64,000 nt of DNA, from assembly GCA_001823535.1 (NCBI GenBank), contig MHUT01000012.1, positions 355 through 64,354 of the forward strand, written 5' to 3'. Shown here in pieces: positions 55,360 through 64,000 of the stretch (within the stretch, counting starts at the first letter, position 1; the number at the start of each line of letters is the position of its first letter). Under the pieces are notes generated by a model that had not been told where the DNA came from, did no database searches, and saw nothing but the letters and a program-made list of their open reading frames with translations. The stretch comes from Candidatus Yonathbacteria bacterium RIFCSPHIGHO2_02_FULL_44_14. Lineage in GTDB: Bacteria > Patescibacteriota > Minisyncoccia > Phycocordibacterales > UBA1550. A program made the translations under genes and the position numbers.

Positions 55360-57360
55360 TTATTGCGGAGTGTTCCTCCTGTTAATACCAAGCAAGATGA
55401 ATATGATGGTCACGATAAAAATAATTGTGACGATACTCCCGTAAAAATAATTGTCTCCAGCGAAACTTGGTGAATCTTGTTGTGCGGGCGCCGTTGCTAT
55501 CCGATCTGTAGTGATAGCGGAAGCCTCCTTGATAAACGGCACAGAATCGCTTTTTACAACAACAGCTCCTTTGATGTCCGTAATTGCTACGAATACTTGG
55601 TGTTCCCCATCCTCAAGCTCTTTGTCGAGTGTATAATTCCAATACCCATCCTTATCTGTCTTTATCGTGACCACAACAGGGATGCTAAAAATGTAGAGCG
55701 TTGCAAAACTATTGGGAAGAGCCCTTCCTTTGAAAGAGATTTTGCTTACTGCAGTTGTGCCGTCGCTCTTTGTGGCGACTTCAGTAGCCTGCACCGCCGT
55801 AACTTCAAAGTTTTTAGTGTCGACTACCCCGCTTTTTTGTTCAGCAACCACCTGCTCCAGCTTTGCAACAGATTCCTCAACTCTTTTTGTTAAAATGTCC
55901 TTGGAAATACCAGATGATATCGTCGCCGTATCCACAAGAACCGTCATAACCTCTTTCTTTTTCTGTTGATTACCCTCATCAAGAGCATTCTTGAGTTCAT
56001 TCAATTTCTCATTTGTTGCCTTTTCAAAAGCAAGGTTTATGCCGCCTTTTTTCACTGCATCTGATGTCATCAAAAAACTAGCAATATCTTTTTTTATTTG
56101 CTCCTCTTCCTTCTGGTTTTCTTTTTTTATTTGTTCAACAAACTTCTCTATATCAATAATTGGAGCGGGGACAATACCTGCTGTTCTATCACCACCTATC
56201 GCAATAGTACCTGTTGCGCGGACATTACTACTCGTAGCAACACTAGATGTTTGCATTCTTTTTTCATTTTTTACAATAACGGTTTTCTCTTCCCCTTGAA
56301 CCCCCTCACCATTACCTGTTGTTATAATCGGGAAAATCACATACTTACCGTCAGGTGTTTGTGTTGAGTCCCACTGAAATACCCATTGAGCATTTACCGA
56401 ATCAAAATGTGCTTGTCCAAGATAAAGTGACACGGGAGTATCTTTGCGCAAAAGACGCATTTCAACGCCGCGTACTGTTTGGTTAACTTTTATATACACT
56501 TCTTCCTCGTTTAGAACATTACCACCGCCTTTCAATGTCACTTTTGATTTCAAGTGTTCCGTTTCTGGCACAATAATGGACACAGAAGGAGCGGGTACCT
56601 TAGGAGGTATTGGAGCCGGTGGTATAATTCGTACAGGAGTAGGCTTAGCAATAGGTACAGCAGGGTAAAGAGCATTTGTGGTTGTTGGTTTTGGAGCTAC
56701 AAATGTCGTGGTCGTCGCTGTTGCTGTTGTTTGACTAGCCGTAGTCGCTTGTGTCCCTGTAGCCACTGATGTGGCGGTGGCGGTTGAAGTAGCGATAGCA
56801 GCCGTTTGTGTATCTGTGGTTGTTGACTCAGCGGTTGCGGTTGTTTGACTTGAGGTGGTCGATTGCGTATCTGTGGTCGTTGATGCAGTCGTTGTCGAAG
56901 TACCAGTAGTGGCTGTGTTCGTAGTCGTAATCGTTGACTCAGCAGTTGAATACACTCCGCTTTTTAAGGCAGTAAAGAAAGATCCGGTGGCGTGAGCGCT
57001 GATGCCAGCAGAATTGCGTGACTCTATTTTATAATAGTAATTGGTATTTGGATAAAGATTCAATAAATTAATGCAGTGTTGCAATACGTTTCCACCACCA
57101 TCACACCTGCTCTGCGCATAAAAAGTATACCCGCCTGAGGTTGCACTATAGGCAACGAATGAATCAGATGGTTCATCTGTTGCCCACTTAATCCGCGTGG
57201 CAGAATCAGTAATATCTTCAGCATTTACATTTGAAATGACAGGAGCGGTGGTATCATAAATACTTGATATTACTCCTGTTTCTGCAAAAATACTCTGAAC
57301 CATAACCCCCAGAAAACCTGCGACAATAATTACGCTAATTATTTTTTTTAATTTATCCAT
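55360..57360 (-). CDS. Surface protein with FN3-like domain, Thr-rich linker, Ig-like domains and C-terminal TM anchor
   Basis: WATDEPSDSFVAY...LYPNTNYYY; long Thr/Ala/Ser tract; GYWNYTLDKELEDGEH. Confidence 0.8.
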   Translation of the reverse strand: MDKLKKIISVIIVAGFLGVMVQSIFAETGVISSIYDTTAPVISNVNAEDITDSATRIKWATDEPSDSFVAYSATSGGYTFYAQSRCDGGGNVLQHCINLLNLYPNTNYYYKIESRNSAGISAHATGSFFTALKSGVYSTAESTITTTNTATTGTSTTTASTTTDTQSTTSSQTTATAESTTTDTQTAAIATSTATATSVATGTQATTASQTTATATTTTFVAPKPTTTNALYPAVPIAKPTPVRIIPPAPIPPKVPAPSVSIIVPETEHLKSKVTLKGGGNVLNEEEVYIKVNQTVRGVEMRLLRKDTPVSLYLGQAHFDSVNAQWVFQWDSTQTPDGKYVIFPIITTGNGEGVQGEEKTVIVKNEKRMQTSSVATSSNVRATGTIAIGGDRTAGIVPAPIIDIEKFVEQIKKENQKEEEQIKKDIASFLMTSDAVKKGGINLAFEKATNEKLNELKNALDEGNQQKKKEVMTVLVDTATISSGISKDILTKRVEESVAKLEQVVAEQKSGVVDTKNFEVTAVQATEVATKSDGTTAVSKISFKGRALPNSFATLYIFSIPVVVTIKTDKDGYWNYTLDKELEDGEHQVFVAITDIKGAVVVKSDSVPFIKEASAITTDRIATAPAQQDSPSFAGDNYFYGSIVTIIFIVTIIFILLGINRRNTPQ

Positions 57361-57391
57361 ACTTATTGTATCTTGGCTATTTATTAAAAGT

Positions 57392-58357
57392 TTACAGAAG
57401 ACTTTTGACCGCTTGGATGATCGCGTCCTTGTCCATTCCGTAGTGCTTCAAGAGCTCTTCCGGTGTCCCTGATTGCCCGAATTTGTCATGCACACCCACA
57501 AATGCCATTCTTGTTGGATGTTCGGAAGCCAAGACCTCAGCGACCGCCGAACCCATACCACCGGCAATCTGATGCTCCTCAACAGTAACGATTGCTCCGC
57601 ATTCTTTTGCAAGAGCGATAACCGTCGCGCGGTCGAGCGGCTTTATTGTGCCCATATTTAAAACTACTGCACCAACCCCCTCTGTTTCGAGTTCCTTTGC
57701 AGCCATAAGCGTATTGTAAACGAGCGACCCACACGCGATAATGCCGACTTTTGGATTTTCAGCACGAAAAAACTCCTGGGCTTTGCCAATTTCAAATGGC
57801 GTGTCCTCAGTCGTAATAATCGGTGTTTTTTCACGAGCGAGACGAATGTACGTCGGCGAATTTGTCTTCGCCATTGCGAGTGTCGCTTTGCGCGCTTCAA
57901 TACTGTCACACGGTGTAATGACCACCATGCGTGGGATCACCCGAGTAAGAGTGATGTCCTCAACCGCCTGATGTGTGCCGCCATCAGGACCAACTGAGAC
58001 TCCGGAATGTGAACCTGCAATTTTCACGGGGCGATTATTGTAACAAATTGTGGTGCGGATTTGCTCCCAGTTGCGACCAGGACTGAACATAGCGTAAGAT
58101 GAAACAAATGGCACCTTCCCCATCGCTGCCATTCCCGATGCAACCGATGCTGCCGACTGCTCCATAATACCCATTTCAAAAAATCGATTTGGGAATTCCC
58201 TTGCAAATGCATCCATCTTTGTTGACTCGGTAAGGTCGCAACACATCGCAACCACACGTTCATCCGCGCGACCGGCAATTACAAGCCCCTCACCAAAGCC
58301 CTGGCGAATCGGCGCCTGCTCTACATCTGCATCAAAAAGTTTTGGATTAAGATTCAT
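57392..58357 (-). CDS. Transketolase, C-terminal subunit
   Basis: Motifs EMGIMEQ, GPDGGTHQ and EEHQIAGGMG. Confidence 0.95.
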   Translation of the reverse strand: MNLNPKLFDADVEQAPIRQGFGEGLVIAGRADERVVAMCCDLTESTKMDAFAREFPNRFFEMGIMEQSAASVASGMAAMGKVPFVSSYAMFSPGRNWEQIRTTICYNNRPVKIAGSHSGVSVGPDGGTHQAVEDITLTRVIPRMVVITPCDSIEARKATLAMAKTNSPTYIRLAREKTPIITTEDTPFEIGKAQEFFRAENPKVGIIACGSLVYNTLMAAKELETEGVGAVVLNMGTIKPLDRATVIALAKECGAIVTVEEHQIAGGMGSAVAEVLASEHPTRMAFVGVHDKFGQSGTPEELLKHYGMDKDAIIQAVKSLL

Positions 58358-58361
58358 ATTC

Positions 58362-58634
58362 TTATTTTACCGTTAAACGCAATCCAAGACCAGTGGTAAC
58401 TTTCTGGAGAAATGAAAGTGTTGGGTTTCCACGCCCCGACTCAAAGCGAGCAAGAGCGGATTGCGTGACTCCAATTTCTTCAGCAAGCGCTTTTTGGGTA
58501 ATTTTTTTATGTGCGCGTTTCTTTATAATAGCCTCAATAAGCTGAAACTCAATGTCAGCATCTTGCATAGCTTTCCGCACTCCAGGACGCTTCATAGACT
58601 CTTTTTTAAATTGTGTAAATGTTTTCATTTTCAT
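58362..58634 (-). CDS. HTH_XRE antitoxin (HigA-like)
   Basis: ITQKALAEEIGVTQSALARFESGRGNPTL; downstream of a RelE-like gene. Confidence 0.85.
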   Translation of the reverse strand: MKMKTFTQFKKESMKRPGVRKAMQDADIEFQLIEAIIKKRAHKKITQKALAEEIGVTQSALARFESGRGNPTLSFLQKVTTGLGLRLTVK

Positions 58635-58661
58635 AATGTTATGTATACCATATATGCTATA

Positions 58662-58970
58662 TTATCGCAACCTATTTTTTAATCGCACTACATAATCAAT
58701 GTCCTTCCGCGCAAGTCTCTGCGTCTTTTTTATGATTGCGTGCAAAATAATCGCTTCTTCTTTTTTAAAAACAAAAAATATTCTTATATTATTTGAGCCA
58801 ATTACTCGAAGCTCAAAAACACCTTCTGATATATACTTTGTATGTGGATAACGAATTGTATTCCCGTATTGTTCCAAAAGTCCTACGGCCTTGTTTATTT
58901 TTCCCACTGAGACGTCGTCAAGATTAAACAAAAAATCGTATGTTTCAGTGAAAAGAAAATTTATTTTCAT
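58662..58970 (-). CDS. RelE/HigB (Gp49-like) toxin
   Basis: YPHTKYISEGVFELRV...IRIFF...LHAIIKKTQR. Confidence 0.85.
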   Translation of the reverse strand: MKINFLFTETYDFLFNLDDVSVGKINKAVGLLEQYGNTIRYPHTKYISEGVFELRVIGSNNIRIFFVFKKEEAIILHAIIKKTQRLARKDIDYVVRLKNRLR

Positions 58971-58976
58971 ACCAAC

Positions 58977-59846
58977 TTATTCATGTTCGCTCGCAATCTG
59001 CCCTCCCAAAGTGCGGAGCTCCGCCATCGCGTTCGCACCCTGATCTTTGTTCGGCGGGTTGCCGTGCCACTTGTAGTCAAACTCGAATACATCGACACCC
59101 ATGCCGGGAATCGTGTGCGCGATAATAACCGACGGCTTTTCAAAAATTGCGCGTGCTTCGTCTACTGCATCAACAATCGCCGACATGTTGTGCCCGTCAA
59201 TCTCCAGAACATGCCATCCAAATGCCTTCCATTTATCCGCAAGCGGCTCTAGTGGCATTATGTTTTCCGTAAAGCCGTCAATTTGAATATTGTTGCGGTC
59301 AACTATCGCAACAAGGTTGTGAAGCTTCTCACGACCAGCAAGCATTGCTGCTTCCCATACCTGCCCCTCGTTCAGCTCTCCATCGCCCAGGAAACAATAA
59401 ACAGTTCTGTTGGAATTTTGTCCGCGGTCGAGGCGATCGACGAGAGCCATACCCACTGCTTGCGAAAGCCCTTGTCCGAGAGGTCCCGAGCTCGTCTCGA
59501 GCATCGGCAAATACTCGCGGTGCGGATGTCCCTGAAGGCGCGAACCGAACTTGCGGAGTGTTTTTAGTTCTTCTACAGGGAAGTACCCTGAATGCGCCAT
59601 CACTGCGTAAAGCACGGGACAGATGTGTCCGTTTGAAAGCACTACGCGGTCGCGATCTTCCCATGTGGGATTCTTTGGGTCTTGTTTGAGAATATGAAAA
59701 TAGAACGCGGTAAAAATATCTGCCATTCCAAGAGGTCCTGCGGTGTGACCAGACTTTGCCTCGACAAGCGACTCGATAATCGACTTCCTAATTTCGAGCG
59801 CTTTCTCTTCGAGGAATTTTATTTTATCGTCGTGAAGATGAGTCAT
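58977..59846 (-). CDS. Transketolase, N-terminal subunit
   Basis: Motifs SGH, DRVVLSNGH, LQGHP and GDGELNEGQVWE. Confidence 0.95.
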   Translation of the reverse strand: MTHLHDDKIKFLEEKALEIRKSIIESLVEAKSGHTAGPLGMADIFTAFYFHILKQDPKNPTWEDRDRVVLSNGHICPVLYAVMAHSGYFPVEELKTLRKFGSRLQGHPHREYLPMLETSSGPLGQGLSQAVGMALVDRLDRGQNSNRTVYCFLGDGELNEGQVWEAAMLAGREKLHNLVAIVDRNNIQIDGFTENIMPLEPLADKWKAFGWHVLEIDGHNMSAIVDAVDEARAIFEKPSVIIAHTIPGMGVDVFEFDYKWHGNPPNKDQGANAMAELRTLGGQIASEHE

Positions 59847-59856
59847 GTGAGTATAC

Positions 59857-60528
59857 CTATGATACTAAATTTTTCATTTTAGCGATAGCTCCGACAAAAT
59901 CATCTGCCTCAAGAATCGCCGATCCTGACACGAGTCGTGTTGCGCCAGCATCAACGAGTGCCCGCGCGGTTTCAAAATTCACCGAACCGTCGATACTAAT
60001 TTGGAGGTTTTGATGCGCGGCGCGAAGAGCCCGCACATAATCGAGTACGCGCTCATCAAATGGTTGTCCTTGAAAGCCAATTTTAGCGATTCCCATACAC
60101 TGTACAAAATCAATACGATTGAGATATTGATCAAGTGCAGAAAGCGGTGTTGACGTATTAATAGCAAGACCAAGCTCAATAAGCCCCTCGGGTACCGCAT
60201 CACGGATCACTCCAAAATCTTTCATACTCTCTACATGCACAATAATACGACTTGCGCCTGCGGTAACCCACTTTTGCACCCAAAATTCCGGGTTCTCTAT
60301 CATTAAATCAACCTCAAAATCAATGTTTTCCCACGATGGCATTCCCTCTTCTTCAGCAACAATGGCATCAAAATGCGTATCCTTTGGATACGGCCACGTA
60401 CGCGCGGGTACAAACTTCCCGTCCATAATGTCGAGTTGCACAAGTGGAACAACATTCACAAAAAGACTCATCATCTCATCAAGATGCTCATAGTCCTTTG
60501 GCATTATCGCGGGAATTATTTCTATCAT
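59857..60528 (-). CDS. rpe: Ribulose-phosphate 3-epimerase
   Basis: Motifs LDIMDGKFVP, GFQGQPF, IDGSVN and LVSGSAI. Confidence 0.92.
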   Translation of the reverse strand: MIEIIPAIMPKDYEHLDEMMSLFVNVVPLVQLDIMDGKFVPARTWPYPKDTHFDAIVAEEEGMPSWENIDFEVDLMIENPEFWVQKWVTAGASRIIVHVESMKDFGVIRDAVPEGLIELGLAINTSTPLSALDQYLNRIDFVQCMGIAKIGFQGQPFDERVLDYVRALRAAHQNLQISIDGSVNFETARALVDAGATRLVSGSAILEADDFVGAIAKMKNLVS

Positions 60529-60534
60529 CGAATA

Positions 60535-60975
60535 TTATTTATCGAGTTTCGCAATACGGCGCGTGTGTTTTTCATCTGTAGAAAACGGTGTCGCGAGCCA
60601 TACGCGCACTACTTCTTTCGCCTCATCCTCGTCTACGAAGCGCGCGCCCAGAGAAAGAATATTGGCATTATTATGCTCACGCGAAAGCACTACAATATCA
60701 ACAGCACCGCCATAGTAAACTGCCGCTCGAACACCTTTTACTCGGTTTGCACACATCGCCTCTCCTTGCCCTGACCCACCGAGAATAATTCCGCGTGAAC
60801 CGATTTCATTTGCCACAGCTAGGGCGACAGGATGAATGAAATCCGGGTAATCATCAAGTGCGTCAAATGAGTACGCGCCCATGTCTTGAACAAGATGCCC
60901 AATCCCATGCAAATAGGAAACAAGGGCTTCCTTGAGCTCAAATCCTGCGTGATCCGTTCCGATATAGATTTTCAT
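60535..60975 (-). CDS. rpiB: Ribose-5-phosphate isomerase B
   Basis: Motifs DHAGFELK, DDYPD, GGSGQG and REHNNAN. Confidence 0.95.
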   Translation of the reverse strand: MKIYIGTDHAGFELKEALVSYLHGIGHLVQDMGAYSFDALDDYPDFIHPVALAVANEIGSRGIILGGSGQGEAMCANRVKGVRAAVYYGGAVDIVVLSREHNNANILSLGARFVDEDEAKEVVRVWLATPFSTDEKHTRRIAKLDK

Positions 60976-60981
60976 TGTTAA

Positions 60982-62016
60982 TTAGAGAAAACTCGCAACT
61001 TTAACTACATGCTTCACGAGCGTGTTTGTGTATCCCATTTCATTATCGTACCACGCCATCACTTTTACAAGGTTGCCGTCGACAACGCGCGTAAGGTCGA
61101 GATCTGCAATGGAACCATAGAGCTCTCCAACAATATCTGAAGACACTATCGGCTCATCGGTGACAGTAAAAATACCTTCCCAGCGAGGATTCTTTGAAGC
61201 GTCACGAAGAATTTGATTCACCTCTTCGACAGAAGTATTTCTCTTTGCGATAAATGTCACGTCTGCAATAGAGCCCGCAATAACTGGCACGCGAATTGAA
61301 ATGCCGTCAAACTTTCCTTTCAAATCCTTCACTACCTCGGTTACAGAAATCGCTGCACCCGTCGATGCAGGCACCATGTTTGCCGCACCTGCGCGCCCAC
61401 CACGAAGGTCTTTGCCTCCGGGGCCATCAACAATCTTTTGCGTACCTGTGTACGCATGCGTAGTGTTCAAAATCGCTTTCTCAATACCAATCGTTTCGTT
61501 CAAAATGCAGACCACAGGGCTTGCCGCATTAGTAGTGCACGAAGCGTTTGAGGAAATCTGCGCGCCTTGTAGCTCGTTGTCGTTGATCCCCATGAGCGCC
61601 GTAACACAAGTAACCATAGGTATATCCTCACCTTTCATAGGCGCAGTCACCACGACACGTTTTGCTCCTTGTGTGAGGTGAACGCTTGATTTCTCTGGAC
61701 TTGTAAAAAACCCTGTTGATTCAACCACGATATCAATATTATATTTCGCCCATGGAAGATTTGTAGGCTCTTTTTCTTGTACGAGAATTACTTTTTGCCC
61801 ACCCACAATGAACCCTGGCTCATCACCACCGACAACCTCAACATCAAAGTCCGCCTTGCCATATGCGGTGTCATATTTCAAAAGGTATGCCATGTTTGAT
61901 GGATCGCCGAGGTCGTTCACGGCGACAATCTCAATCTCTGGGCGTGTGCGCGCCAATTTATAAAACGCGCGCCCAATGCGTCCAAATCCGTTGATAGCTA
62001 CTCGTACTTTTTTCAT
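60982..62016 (-). CDS. gap: Glyceraldehyde-3-phosphate dehydrogenase
   Basis: Motifs INGFGRIGR, SNASCTTN and WYDNE. Confidence 0.98.
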   Translation of the reverse strand: MKKVRVAINGFGRIGRAFYKLARTRPEIEIVAVNDLGDPSNMAYLLKYDTAYGKADFDVEVVGGDEPGFIVGGQKVILVQEKEPTNLPWAKYNIDIVVESTGFFTSPEKSSVHLTQGAKRVVVTAPMKGEDIPMVTCVTALMGINDNELQGAQISSNASCTTNAASPVVCILNETIGIEKAILNTTHAYTGTQKIVDGPGGKDLRGGRAGAANMVPASTGAAISVTEVVKDLKGKFDGISIRVPVIAGSIADVTFIAKRNTSVEEVNQILRDASKNPRWEGIFTVTDEPIVSSDIVGELYGSIADLDLTRVVDGNLVKVMAWYDNEMGYTNTLVKHVVKVASFL

Positions 62017-62095
62017 TTAATATCGTGGTTAATTGATTAAAACTATGAAGTTATTTTACCACACACAACAAAAAAGGCACGCATTTCGTGCCTTT

Positions 62096-62353
62096 TTACG
62101 AATACAACTCACTATGACTTCCGATAGCGACAAATTGTATTACTTCATTATCTCGTTCTTTGTACACTGCTCGTATGTCGCCTGTTATATTGATGCTTCT
62201 ACACGCCGACCATTCGCCCGAAAGTGAATGATTCCCTAGTATTACATGGTGAGGATTTTTTAGAAAGACAGCGAGACATTTATAGAATTTCCCCTGCACT
62301 ACAACCGGAAGTTTCCGAAGCATTTTTTTGAAATTTCGATGATAAGTAACCAT
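62096..62353 (-). CDS. RelE/YafQ-family mRNA interferase toxin
   Basis: NHSLSGEWSACRSINITGDIRAVY...IGSHSELY. Confidence 0.9.
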   Translation of the reverse strand: MVTYHRNFKKMLRKLPVVVQGKFYKCLAVFLKNPHHVILGNHSLSGEWSACRSINITGDIRAVYKERDNEVIQFVAIGSHSELYS

Positions 62354-62356
62354 ACT

Positions 62357-62629
62357 CTACTGACGAAGTGACCTGATCATACTTTCAGCGTCATAAAATG
62401 GACCGACGCTATTTTTGCCTTTTGCATAGTCAGCATCTGCGGAACGAATTGCGCGTTTCAAGCGTGCAGACGGCTCAAGAACTGAAAAAGAAACAGTCTT
62501 GCTTCGAGCCAAATTTTTCAGAGACGCGTTTATAATAGCCGACAATGTGAATCCAAGCTCATCAGCCACCTTTTGAGCCTCATTTTTTACCTTTGGGTCT
62601 ATTTTTATATTTAATACTGCTGTTTTCAT
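62357..62629 (-). CDS. RelB/DinJ-family antitoxin
   Basis: LNIKIDPKVKNEAQKVADELGFTLSAII; directly upstream of the toxin. Confidence 0.88.
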   Translation of the reverse strand: MKTAVLNIKIDPKVKNEAQKVADELGFTLSAIINASLKNLARSKTVSFSVLEPSARLKRAIRSADADYAKGKNSVGPFYDAESMIRSLRQ

Positions 62630-62667
62630 ATACGCTAAAGTATATACAAAGTAATTTTTTCTGTCAA

Positions 62668-64000
62668 TTATTTCAACGCCTCTTCAAACAACGTTTTGAA
62701 CATTGCAGGATTTCCTGCACCCTTGCTTGCTTTCATCCCTTGTCCGATGAAAAATTGGAGTAAGGCTGTTTTACCAGACTTGTAATCGGAGACTACCGTC
62801 GGATTTGCAGAAATAATTTCGGTGACAATTTTCTTGAGCACCCCAACGTCATTTTTCTGAATGAGGTCGTGCTTCTGTGCAATCTCGTGCGGATGACCGC
62901 CTTCGGCATAGAGAATTGCAAGTGTGTCTTTTGCGCCACGAGAAGAGAGGTCGCCGGCTTTAATCATCGTTACCAAATCAGCTAGGCTTTTACCCGTAAC
63001 ACCACCAAGCGACCCCGATGTTTTCATCAAACCAACAAGGTCTGAAGTAATATAGTTTTCAATAAGGGCAATTGATGGACGGTCCACACCGATAGCATTT
63101 ACCGCATCCTCAAAAAGTCCACCAAGGATTTTATCCGCAACAAAAACTTCTGCATTCTCTGGCCTCACACCGTACTCGCGTACGAGGCGCATGCGCTTAT
63201 CCCATGGAAGCTCCGGCATTGTTGCCCTCAAAACTTCATTTGAAAATTCAGGAATTTCTGAGATTTTTAGTTTTGGCAAATCAGGGTCAGGGAAATAGCG
63301 ATAGTCGTGTGCTGATTCTTTCTTGCGCTGTGAAAAAGTTTTTTGCCCGCCCTCGTCCCATCCACGCGTTTCTTGCACGATCTCCCCTGGTCCGCCGTCC
63401 AAAATTTTTGTCATGCGCTCCACCTCGTATGCAATAGCGCGCTCCACTGAGCGGAATGAGTTCAAGTTCTTCACTTCAACCTTTGTACCGAGTGTATCTG
63501 TCTTTGATATTGAAATATTCGCCTCCACACGCATCTCCCCTTTTTCCATGTTTGCATCAGATACACCGAGCGTGCGAAGTAGGAGCTGGAGCTCGCGCGC
63601 AAATGCACCCGCTTCTTCTGCGGTGTGAATGACTGGCTTCGTCACGAGCTCCATAAGTGGCACTCCTGCGCGGTTGTAGTCCACAAGACTCCCCTCGCTC
63701 CCCTCATGCGATGAGCTCGCAGTATCTTCCTCGAGATGCACGCGTTCAATAGCAACACCATGGAGCATTCCATTTGAGACAAGTGGGTATTTGTACTGGC
63801 TAATCTGATACCCCTTTGGAATGTCGGGATAAAAATAGTTCTTACGGTCAAACTCAGTAAAATCGGCAAGAGTGCTCCCCAGTGCAGTACCCACGCGAAG
63901 CACGTGATGCACAGCCTGCTTATTGATAACCGGTAAAGTACCCGGATGCGCCATGCACACAGGACAAATATTCACATTCGGCTCCGCATTAAACGGGTCA
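62668..64000 (-). CDS. gatB: Asp/Glu-tRNA amidotransferase subunit B (5' end outside the window)
   Basis: Motifs CPVCMAHPGTLP, RKNYFYPD, NRAGVPLME and DYRYFPDPDL. Confidence 0.98.
   Translation of the reverse strand, partial: DPFNAEPNVNICPVCMAHPGTLPVINKQAVHHVLRVGTALGSTLADFTEFDRKNYFYPDIPKGYQISQYKYPLVSNGMLHGVAIERVHLEEDTASSSHEGSEGSLVDYNRAGVPLMELVTKPVIHTAEEAGAFARELQLLLRTLGVSDANMEKGEMRVEANISISKTDTLGTKVEVKNLNSFRSVERAIAYEVERMTKILDGGPGEIVQETRGWDEGGQKTFSQRKKESAHDYRYFPDPDLPKLKISEIPEFSNEVLRATMPELPWDKRMRLVREYGVRPENAEVFVADKILGGLFEDAVNAIGVDRPSIALIENYITSDLVGLMKTSGSLGGVTGKSLADLVTMIKAGDLSSRGAKDTLAILYAEGGHPHEIAQKHDLIQKNDVGVLKKIVTEIISANPTVVSDYKSGKTALLQFFIGQGMKASKGAGNPAMFKTLFEEALK

Noticed and set aside
1-64000. 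Diversity-generating retroelement, retron, full prophage, rRNA or IS transposase
   Set aside because: I found no reverse transcriptase, TR/VR pair, phage structural genes, rRNA sequence or transposase in the window.
1-64000. Alternative genetic code (UGA read as Gly, as in Gracilibacteria/Absconditabacteria)
   Set aside because: Core genes are full length under code 11, and TGA acts as a stop (for example at 4503 and 13952).

Overview
This 64-kb window looks like the chromosome of a small-genome Patescibacteria (CPR, probably Parcubacteria) bacterium using the standard genetic code; the taxon is inferred from gene content and style. Most of it is housekeeping: pth, lepB, hisS, upp, rpsU, ybeY, ftsA-ftsZ-trxB, prmC, tsaD, valS, lepA, murJ, typA, rplY, fba, gatB, a gap-rpiB-rpe-split transketolase operon and six tRNA genes. 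Accessory content includes a quinol-type NO reductase, an ~11.8-kb serine-recombinase defence island at tRNA-Arg(CCT) (NgoAVII/CglI-like R-M, Mrr, VRR-NUC, DUF3644, ParB-MTase, terminase-small-like), two type II toxin-antitoxin modules and large surface proteins. The most unusual signals are in non-coding DNA. (1) The RNase P RNA gene is ~710 nt long and carries a complete GIY-YIG nuclease ORF in the loop of a 19-bp stem at the P15/P16 position; the same stem ends also close an enlarged P3. (2) Two homologous, highly structured tRNA 3'-trailer elements each carry a direct and an inverted copy of their own tRNA's 3' end. (3) A dispersed ~55-bp repeat sits upstream of promoters and, at two tRNA genes, is preceded by a copy of that tRNA's first 11 nt. 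(4) A switch-like 200-nt leader precedes the VRR-NUC nuclease. (5) There are many long, near-perfect palindromes. All calls come from reading the sequence by eye; no database searches or folding programs were run.
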